64,000 nt of DNA from Octopus sinensis (taxonomy: Eukaryota): positions 156,364,001 through 156,428,000 of the forward strand of contig NC_043000.1 of assembly GCF_006345805.1 (NCBI RefSeq). The letters run 5' to 3'. Numbering within the stretch: position 1 is the stretch's first letter; each line of letters starts with the position of its first letter. Of the stretch, positions 53,103-64,000 are shown in pieces. Position numbers and translations under genes: made by a program. The notes under the pieces were generated by a model. The model had not been told where the DNA came from and ran no database searches. It worked only from the letters and a program-made list of their open reading frames with translations.

Positions 53103-53928
53103 GTCTATGTGTTTGTCGTCTAATATGCATTCACCCAGTTGAATGCTATTTTGCAATATACAGCAACAAAGCGCCAAGAGGTTCACCATGTATTTTTTGT
53201 TTTGTTAAAGGCAATTTTAATATGACGTGGTTTTCGTTGGAAAGACAGAACTGGGCCACAGACGCAGTCATCCTTGAAAATATTCCAGCACTAGGAGACA
53301 ACTATACAAATATTTCAACATCAAAGACCAACCAACTTCCTTTGACATAATCAAGAAAGATATGAATGCTGCATTCGGAGAGCAAAGAATCTGTATAAAA
53401 TATGTATACATGTGTGCGCATGTTTAAATCATATATACATACATACATACACACATACATATAAATAAAAATATAAATATATACATATATGTGTGTGTGT
53501 GCATGTGTGTAATATATAGACATTCATGTACATACATATATTTATGTAAAGATAATATATGTATATTTGTGTATGAATGTATATATATATATAAGCATAT
53601 ATACACGCACATACATATATGTGTATGTACATATACATACTTGAATACATCTACACACACACAAATATAAAATACTTCACTACCCACTCTAACGCACGCC
53701 CTACTTTCTCTATAAAAACTCTGAACATATATATATATATGTATGCATTTATCTATGTATGTATGTGGATATATATATGCATATATATACATATGTATAT
53801 ATATATATATGCATATATATACATATGTATATATATATATGCATATATATATACATATATATATACATATATATATATACATATATATATATATACACAT
53901 ATATATATACGTGTATATATGTATATAT

Positions 53929-53979
<51 letters not shown>

Positions 53980-54395
53980 GCATATATATATGCATATATA
54001 TATACATATATAACATACATATATGTATACGTATATATATATATAATATATATATATATATACATAATATATATATATACACACACAATGCATATGTGTG
54101 GTCCAAGTAGTTATGAACCAACTGCAAACGGAAAACGCTGCAACATTCCACCAAAATGCACACACCACTCCCTCCCACTCTCCCTCTCACTCACACCACT
54201 CCCTCCCACTCTCCCTCTCACTCTCACACATGCATACACGTGAAATATCTGAAGAATCAAGCATAAATTTAACGAAAAAAGTAAATACATAAAATTTCGG
54301 TTACATCCAAAAGAGATGGAGATGAAGGTTTAACTTCAGCGCCATAAATTAAATATTGATTCTTACCAATTACCAAAGTTCCATTTTACAACGAT

Positions 54396-54434
<39 letters not shown>

Positions 54435-54435
54435 A

Positions 54436-54498
<63 letters not shown>

Positions 54499-54559
54499 TA
54501 TATAGATATATATATATTTACATATATACAGATACAATACATATATATATATATATATA

Positions 54560-54601
<42 letters not shown>

Positions 54602-54825
54602 TATACATATGGTAATTAATATATACATATATATATACAATATGGAAATTAATATATATATATATACATATATATACATACAATATGGTAATTAATATAT
54701 ATGTAATATATACTAGAGATAAAAACAAGTATAAGATATAATATACAAAAACGATAAAAAAAACCTATATTACAGATGAGTGTAAATGCATATATATATA
54801 TTATATATATATAATATATATATAT

Positions 54826-54900
<75 letters not shown>

Positions 54901-54924
54901 TATATGTATTATATATTATATGTA

Positions 54925-54963
<39 letters not shown>

Positions 54964-55140
54964 GGGAAGGCCCATCTTTGGTATATACTGATATACTGCT
55001 CTACATCTTAGAGTGGGCTTCTTGTTTCGGATTTATGTATTATAACACACAACACACGCACATATACACACACGCACATATATCTGTATATGTATACACA
55101 AATATACATCTGTATATATATATATATATATATTATATAC

Positions 55141-55177
<37 letters not shown>

Positions 55178-55511
55178 ATATATATACATATATGTATATA
55201 TACATTTATATATATATATATAAATAATAAATATATGTATATATATATATGTACGTTTAAATATTTGTTGTGCCAAGATTTTTTATGTGAGTCGTGTGTT
55301 GAAACAGATATTGTTATATTTCGGAATGGTCATATTGCCAGTTTAGCCAATAAAAACACGCACTATATATTTGGTGTTATTTTGCTTCAGTGATATTTTA
55401 AGATTAAAATTAATGTAAAAAATAAATATTACTGAAGCAAAATAACACCAAATATATAGTGCGTGTGTTTTTATTGGCTAAACTGGCAATAGACCATTCC
55501 GAAATATAACA

Positions 55512-55549
<38 letters not shown>

Positions 55550-56024
55550 GCCACACTTAGACATGTACTTACATGTCTACACGTATTACCTTTACACTTG
55601 ATTGACCGATTTTCATTAAAACATAATTACTTCATACATATCCTTAAATACATAGATACATCAATATACACGAACAAACAAAGACCACAATTTGCATCCA
55701 TACATTCGCACATGCACATACATTCATACATATACATATATATATATACACATACATACACTTATTCATATATACCTGCCTACCAACCTACCAATATATA
55801 ACTACGAAGCTACTAACATTCATACTTGCTTGTCTACACGCATAAATTCGCTTAAATAAGGAGCTGTAAAAATTAATCGAGCGTCGTTAATATTTGCAAA
55901 ATGCAAAAATCAAAATTAATATAAGGAAGACAACAATAAACATGAGCTGCAGCTGCTGTCGTTGTTGGTGGTGATGATGGTGGTGATAATGGTGGCGCTC
56001 CTGTTGCTGCTGCTGCTGCTGCTG

Positions 56025-56060
<36 letters not shown>

Positions 56061-56227
56061 GCAGCAGCAGCAGCAGAGGTCGTGGTGGTAGCCGTAGTAG
56101 TAAGGAAACCAGTGAATTTACAGAAAAGCTCTATAATCTGAGAATCTTTTAAACGTATTCAGGTTTTTCTGACTGTATATGTATGTATATATATACGTAT
56201 ATATATATATATATATATAATATATAT

Positions 56228-56260
<33 letters not shown>

Positions 56261-56261
56261 C

Positions 56262-56350
<89 letters not shown>

Positions 56351-56377
56351 ATATATATATATGTGTGTGAGTGTGTG

Positions 56378-56408
<31 letters not shown>

Positions 56409-56479
56409 GTATAATAAGTCTGACACACGTGTGTATGCATATACATACATATATGCATATATGTATGTATATATGTATG

Positions 56480-56523
<44 letters not shown>

Positions 56524-56624
56524 GTATATATATATATGTATATGTATATATATAATATGTGTGTATTTGTATACATATAATGTTCATAAAGTGTTTGTAT
56601 CTGCTTATATACATACATACATTA

Positions 56625-56665
<41 letters not shown>

Positions 56666-57326
56666 TATATACATATTATGGTGTGTGTGTGTGTTTGTGT
56701 GTGTGCTTGTTGTGAATATACGTTGGAATGTATATTTATGTGAGACAGTGTGTGTATATGCGATCTATATGTGTCTGTGTTTTGTTTGCGTGTGTGTGCA
56801 TGTGTGTGTGCATGTGTGTGTATGGAAGAATAGGCATTAAGGATACTATCAGAACAACAAATTATGAAAGTAAAATAAAGTAATGAAAATTTCTAGAAAA
56901 TAAATTACAGATAAGAGACATCGAGAGACATGAAACAACGCTGTGATCTTTATTGATCTGAATGTTTTCTGCTTGTTTACTCCACAGGGGTGCATGTTTG
57001 TAGGTGTGTATGTGTGTGTGTATATACGTATGTATGCATGTATGAGTATATGTATGAATGTACGTGTGTGTGTGTTTGTGTTTGTGTGAGTGTGTGTAAT
57101 TATGTATATATATATATATGCATTATATATGTATGTGTGTGTGTATCTGTGTGTGTGTGTGTGTGTGTGCGTGTGTGTGTGTGTGCGTGTGTGTGTGCAA
57201 ACATTTATGTATGTACGTATGCATATCAGTCATATATACCCTCGTACCCACACATATGCTTTTATGTATGAAAGCGTATGTACCCAGAGACACTCCCAAA
57301 ACTTAAATACATAAAAAAGAGCGTGT

Positions 57327-57409
<83 letters not shown>

Positions 57410-58035
57410 CGCGCATGTGTGTATGCATGTGTGTACATATATATATATATATACATATATATAAGATTGTGTGTATATATATATAATATATATATATATA
57501 TAATTATATATATATACTTATATGTATGTGTACACATAAGCAAATATACATGCGCATCACACTGTAGATATAATGCGTATATATGCCCAGATAGATATGC
57601 ATATCTACTAATCTACTATTTCGAACTCAAGTGGTTACAGGGCAAAATGCTGCACCCATCAAACTTCGTAGTCACATCCAATTTTGCGCATCAAAGGCTG
57701 CTGTGCCGTTAGATATACAATATCATACAAACATACATACATACATACATGCATACATACATACATGCATACAAGCATACATACATACATACATACATGC
57801 ATACAAGCATACATACATACATACATACATACATACATACATACATAGGTTTATAGATGCATACATATACATACATATTTACATAGATACATGTATTTAA
57901 ACATCTATTGTATTTACATATACATAAATGCTTTGATACATAGAAACATACATAGATATATAGAAAAATATACATACATATGTACATAAGTGTACATATA
58001 TCTATATCTATCTATTTCTCTTTCTCTCTCTCTCA

Positions 58036-58096
<61 letters not shown>

Positions 58097-58500
58097 CAAT
58101 CTTATACGCATCAAATTTTCTTTAGCTATCGTGTGTTTATTTGATATCGATGTAAAGTCGATATGTTTACTCAATATACAGCCTTCTGCCATAAATGCAA
58201 ATTGTGGTGTGTATATGAAAGAATTCAACCAGAGAGGATTATAATTATCTTTTATCGCTTGAATTCATTTCAATCGTTGAGATTCAATCATTTAAAATGG
58301 CGTTTTAGGAAAATATTTGCTCTTTCCGAACTGCAAAAACTACTAAATGTATATAGGAACGCCAAGCTTTAGCCCTGCCCAAAATACACTGACACGTACG
58401 CATACATATTAATTCAATACAACACACACACACACACACACACGTACACACACACACATATAATCTCAACATATATCTTTTTTTTATTTATTTAAAAACA

Positions 58501-58864
58501 TCTTTTTGCTTGTTTCAGTCATTAGACTCCGGCCATGTTGGGTATCGCTTTGGTGAATTTGAGTTGAACGAATAAACCTTACTAATTACGTTTTTCAAGC
58601 CTGGAACTTACTCTATCGGTCTCTTTTGTCGAACAACTAAGTTATGGGAACTTAGACACACCAACATAAGTCGTCAAGCGACGGTGGGGGAGAGAAACAC
58701 ACACACACACACACACATTTACACATATACGACAGGCTTCTTTCACTTTTCGTCGACCAAATCCACTGATTAACCCCGGGGCTGTAGTAGAAGACACTTG
58801 CCCTAGGTGACATGTCGTGGAGCTGAACCCAGAAACATGTGGTTGGGAAGCAAATTTCTTACAT
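58501..58864 (-). mobile_element. SINE family B copy
   Basis: Tail cttgtttcagtcatt..ggccatgttgg, internal (CA)n, core gtagtagaagacacttgccc. Confidence 0.8.
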
Positions 58865-58880
58865 CTTTTATTGTTTTTTA

Positions 58881-59105
58881 TTTTTTATTCGTTTTAGTCA
58901 TAGGATTGCAGCCATACTGGGGCATCGCCTTGAAGGGTTTCGTCGACCAAATCAAACCAGTACTTATTTTTTAAGCCTAATACTTATTCCAACTGTTTAT
59001 TCTCGCCGAACCACCCAATTGTTAGGACATAAACAAATCAACACCGTTTTATAAGCGGTGGTAGGCAACAAACACATATACAATGATACGCACTCACACA
59101 TTTAT

Positions 59106-59136
<31 letters not shown>

Positions 59137-59291
59137 GTACCAACACACTTCTTTCAGTTTCCCTCCACGAAATCCACTCATAGGGCATTGATCGACCTGG
59201 AGCTAAAGCAGAAAACACTTGCCCAAGGTACCACGCTGTGGGACTGATCCCGGAAGCATGTACTTGGGAAGCAAGCTACAGCCACAGCTAT
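58881..59291 (-). mobile_element. SINE family B copy, tandem with the previous one
   Basis: Same architecture; core gaaaacacttgcccaaggtaccacgctgtggga. Confidence 0.78.
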
Positions 59292-59520
59292 ACATACATA
59301 CTTACATACATGCAAACATGCATACAAAGTTAACCCCGAGGGCAAAAACTAAGTACCCACAATAAGATGGAAGCCATAGTCACTCATAGTAAAACGGAGT
59401 ACTGGTGGAATGTCCCAGTGAAAACCTCAATAAAATGTAAACACATTTTGAGCATGACCCTGTAAATCGTAAAAAAGAAAGAGAGAGAGCATTTTGCTCT
59501 CATGTGGTTATTTCCTCCCT

Positions 59521-59770
59521 GACTGAGGTTCCCGTGGTCTTTTCTGTAGGCTTTTCTTCCCACGGATGAACCCAAACTTGTTTTATCAATGTTCTTATCA
59601 ATGTTTCTGTGATACACGATTTCTTTCCTTTTTTTTTTTTTTTTTCCCTCTCGATCCCTTTTGATCGCAATCTTACATTTATTTCCTTTTTTCCACCCTC
59701 GAAAAGAAAAGCTCTGCATTTGTATTTGTCCCCTCTGTATTCAGCCCTGCGTGGCTAATAAAAGAAAGTT
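59521..59770 (+). mobile_element. 3' UTR of a (TATC)n-associated retroelement, copy 1
   Basis: Hairpin block, cgatcccttttgatcg, pyrimidine tract, AATAAA, then (TATC)n; homologous to 59989-60303. Confidence 0.7.
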
Positions 59771-59793
59771 ACCTATCTATCTATCTATATCTA

Positions 59794-59838
<45 letters not shown>

Positions 59839-59988
59839 CTATCTACTATCTATCTATCTATATCTATCTATCTATCATCTATCTATCTATCTATCATCCT
59901 ATCTATCTACCTACCTATCTATCTAAAACAGAGAGTTGCTTATTTGCAAAAAAAAAAAAAAAAAAGAAATATAAAATGTGACTTCATT

Positions 59989-60303
59989 GACCGAGGTTAC
60001 CGTGGTCTTTTCCGTAGGCTTTTCTTTCCACGGGTAAACCTCACCTGTCCTCCCCTTTACACTTCATATTGACATTTCTGTGATAACGATCCCTATTGAT
60101 CAATTTTTTTTTCCTCTCCCCCCCCTTTTCCTTTTAACCCCCCCCTTTTTTTTTTTGTCCTCTTTCTCTCCTTTTACGATCCCTTTTGATCGAAACTCCC
60201 CCCTTCCTTTTTTTTTTTTTTTTTTTTTTAAACCTTCAAAAGAAAAGCTCTACCTTGTAATTTGTTCTATCTGTGTGCAGCCCTGTGTGGCTAATAAAGA
60301 AAC
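59989..60303 (+). mobile_element. 3' UTR of a (TATC)n-associated retroelement, copy 2
   Basis: Same blocks in the same order as 59521-59770, ending aataaagaaac followed by (TATC)n. Confidence 0.7.
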
Positions 60304-60304
60304 A

Positions 60305-60340
<36 letters not shown>

Positions 60341-60347
60341 AATCAAC

Positions 60348-60384
<37 letters not shown>

Positions 60385-60391
60385 AATCAAC

Positions 60392-60424
<33 letters not shown>

Positions 60425-60638
60425 CATCCATCCATCCATCCATCCATCTATCCATTCATCCATCCATCCATGCATCCACCCATGTGGTTATCATTTCTAT
60501 CTATCCTTTCGTGCATTAAAACCGAAACCAAACATCGAGGCGTTCAGAAATCTGTTGTCAGCTGTTTTATTTTATTTTCCTTTTGTCACTGTAAGCATAT
60601 ATAACAAAACCAGATTAATGCTTTTCCACACACACATA

Positions 60639-60674
<36 letters not shown>

Positions 60675-60736
60675 CATATATATATACATATATATATATA
60701 TATTATATATAATATATATATATATATATATAATAC

Positions 60737-60768
<32 letters not shown>

Positions 60769-60810
60769 TATATATATACATATATACATACATATATATA
60801 TACATATATA

Positions 60811-60854
<44 letters not shown>

Positions 60855-60956
60855 CATATATACATACATATAATATACATATATATATAGAATATATATA
60901 TATATATATAATATATATATATACTAATACATATACGTACATATATATATATATAC

Positions 60957-61006
<50 letters not shown>

Positions 61007-61200
61007 TGATAATCTATATATATATAGGAAAATATGTGTATGTTATATGTATGGTATATTTACAAAAAAGAAGAAAATGCTTTGAGAACTTTATTTTGGG
61101 CTAAAGAAAGATGTTAATAAAAAATGTAAATATATATAAATTTACGCTTGTGAAACCTCTTAACCTTTTTAATATATGTGTATATCTGTGTATGTGTGTA

Positions 61201-61279
<79 letters not shown>

Positions 61280-61605
61280 AAGAGAGAGACTATGCTTTGA
61301 TCCGTTTTGTTTGGCGTACCTTTAGCATAATCTGAAAACATTTCATTAGCATAGAAAAGGCGAAAACAAAATTTTAAAAATTCTCCATTAGCTTCTAAGA
61401 ATTATAAACACTTGTTTTATAAGTATTTACTTACTTTAAATATATAATCATTGAACTTATAATGTCTAAATATGTAAATTTATGCTAATTTCTTATGAAT
61501 GACCTCTGCAGGCCATAAGAATGCTTAAGTAAATTAGATAAGAAATACACACATACGTACACACGCACGCATACAAACACACGCACGCACACACACACAC
61601 ACACG

Positions 61606-61656
<51 letters not shown>

Positions 61657-61879
61657 CAAGGAGAGCAGAAATCCAAAGGAAGCTTGCATACGAGTTAAAT
61701 TTAATTGTAGTTAAAATACTTATTTGTAAATTTATAGGCTTAATGTTTTAGCAAAAATGAAATCGATAAATGATATGTATAAAATATGCACACACACACA
61801 CACACATACACACCTTCGGATTATCTACATAACAATGTAATTATATTTATAATTTGTTCCAGAATTATCTGGGGAGATA

Positions 61880-61960
<81 letters not shown>

Positions 61961-61961
<1 letters not shown>

Positions 61962-63740
61962 TCTTTTATTCTTTCATGCGTTTCAGCTGTGGCCATGTTG
62001 GAGCACCGCCATTGTAACCACCTTTTCAATGCTCAATCTTATGTGATTGACTTTTGATGAAGGCGGATGTTTGATACCATTGCCTTCGTTTGAGTTTCCT
62101 GCCTTGATAAAGGTTCATCTGGGCCCTTGGATAGCATGATGTCAAGTTGTTTCTTGAAAAGATCTGCCCCTGCTCTATGAACATCCCTCAGAAGTTTTGG
62201 CAAGACGTTAAATAGCTGTGGGACTTTGAATCCCAAGCTGTTGCAGTACATGGTCCTCACTCTAGACGGGTTTGCTAGGACATTTGGAACAGTGCGTTGA
62301 CGTCCAGTTCGGGGCCTGGTATAACTCCCGATACTAAAACTTGCTGCCAGATCCTCCAGGAACTTCCATACGTATATCTCTGCATATCTTTCCCGTCTTC
62401 GCTCGCTCATAGGAATAGAGTCGTAACTCTTTCAGTATCTCCCGGTAGCCAAATTGTTCCATCGATGCAATCTTCCTGGTATAGCACCACTGAATTGCCT
62501 CATGTTCCGCTATTTATTTGACACTGTAGTGCAACCACAGTTGAGAACAGTAATCCAGACGTCTGAGTACAAATGTCTTTGAGAGAACCAGCATAGTTTC
62601 CTGATCCCTTTGTTCTGAAATTTCTCAAAATACATTCGGTCACTCCCCTGCACATTGCCACCTTCTTGATGATATGTAGGAGCAATCCCCAGATCCCGCA
62701 CTGTGTGTGACTCTAAGAGGACTTGGAAGTTACCTGCATTAAACTGCATGTGATTTTCTTCAGCCCATTTATATATGGCATTTAAGTCTTTCTGTAGAAG
62801 ACTAGCACTAGGAAGTTCCTTAACTGTTTGTACTGCTTTTGTGTCGTCGGCATAGATAGTAAGTGTGGCTGTAATTGATAGTATGTCTGAACAGTAGCGG
62901 CACTCCACTCTCCATTAATATATCCTTGGAGAGGGCTCCATTGGCTGTCATAGCCTGCAATCTGTCTTTTAAGAAGTCATGTAGCCACTCTCTCAGTTTT
63001 CCGCAAGTCTCCGTAGCTTGTGACATATCATCCCGTGATCGACATTATCAAAGGCCTTTGCAAGGTCAAAATATATCACAATCACGTTTGAGTGATTCCT
63101 TAGTTGTTTCAACACTCAGTCATAATGCCGCAAAAGCTGTGTAAGACAGCTTGTTCCTAAACAGAAACCATGCTGGGTGTCAGAGAGCAAGTCATTATCT
63201 TCGAGAAATGCGGTCAGTTTCCTTTTGACAATGCGTTCCACGCCATTGCTTATATGGGAGGTTAGAGAGACAGGCCTATAATTTTTAACATCTACTCTGC
63301 TACCTCTTTTATAGATAGGACATTATAGATTTCCTTTAACTTTTTTGCGAAGTCGCCCGCTTGCGAGGAAGCTCTGGAAGAGAATCTGTAGTGGTCTTGC
63401 TAGAGAACCTTTGCATTTCTTCAGGAGGATTGCTGAGACTCCATCAGAGACTGGAGTTTGAGCTCATTTTACCAATGGCCGATATTACATCTGTTTCCTC
63501 TATTTTAATGTCATCAATAATAGTCATTTCTTTGTGTAAAGTTGAGGTGCCAAAGAACTCATCAGACATAACTACTTATAAATGTCACAATGGAGTTGTG
63601 AAAACACACTTGTATTGCACATTCAGTATTTCCCTGATCCTTTGGTGGTCTGCAGTCGGTGAGCCATCTTTCTCGAAGCAGACAATTTTGCAAATCTTTA
63701 GAAGGTTTCAGGGTTTGTCTTTATACATTAAAGAGTAATC
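61961..63740 (-). mobile_element. Decayed CR1-like LINE: RT domain through the 3' end
   Basis: NYRPVSLTSHI, QHGFCLGTSCLTQL, MESGVP, IYADDTK, LQKDLNAIYKWAEENHMQFN and QLFNVLPK..KKQLDIML motifs, with frameshifts and deletions. Confidence 0.85.
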
Positions 63741-63834
63741 ACGCACAAATACAAGCGCTCATTCGAGTACCATTGAAATATACTCATTATATAAGTACAA
63801 GTATATTAACACATACACTAACATACACACTCTA

Positions 63835-64000
63835 ACTGGCTCAGCTTATCAGAAGTCCTTGAAGCTGTCTCCACTCAGCCAATTTCTGCTCTCTGGACTT
63901 CTCCTGAAGTTGGCGTATGGAGAATATCATGTCAATAGTTGATCTGCTTCTTCTAAAGCCACACTGCGATTCTGGATAAATTCGAGAAGCAAGCAGTCGC
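63835..64000 (-). mobile_element. RTE-clade LINE RT fragment, runs off the window edge
   Basis: Minus strand translates IYPESQCGFRRSRSTIDMIFSIRQLQEKSREQ, a typical RTE/BovB RT motif. Confidence 0.85.

Noticed and set aside
53290-53390. FFAL peptide resembling the KCNQ S6 segment
   Set aside because: The frame stops within 10 codons and lacks PAGILGSGFALK; coincidental.
63520-63570. CTGATGAG on the minus strand as a hammerhead core
   Set aside because: No stem II closing onto GAAA and no stem III or stem I; it lies within CR1 coding sequence.

Overview
AT-rich, microsatellite-dense animal genomic DNA. The repeat families and the channel sequence suggest a coleoid cephalopod, probably Octopus (inference). 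The only host gene I can support is the 3' part of a KCNQ/Kv7 potassium channel on the minus strand: a probable A-B linker exon (48467-48558), the helix B/C exon (39145-39346), the C-D linker exon (35618-35714) and the terminal helix D exon (30185-30865). All have canonical splice sites and compatible phases. The rest is intron, 3' flank and intergenic DNA filled with mobile-element remnants: R4/Dong-like RT-RLE retrotransposons sitting in (TAA)n tracts, CR1-like and RTE LINE fragments, Penelope-like fragments, a decayed gag-like ORF, several tRNA-derived SINE families and MITEs. The best second-look items are: (1) a canonical type I hammerhead ribozyme at 4964-5054 in a ~320-nt unit; (2) a hammerhead-like motif with a G3:C8 core swap at the centre of a 252-nt palindrome in a KCNQ intron; (3) three long foldback structures around the KCNQ helix-B exon, potential ADAR substrates; (4) microsatellite-targeted retroelements; and (5) LINE-SINE shared 3' tails visible within the window. 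Nearly all ORFs in the supplied track are translations of microsatellites. No prokaryotic features, CRISPR arrays, rRNA or bona fide tRNA genes are supported. Element boundaries are hand-estimated and family names are unverified by database search.
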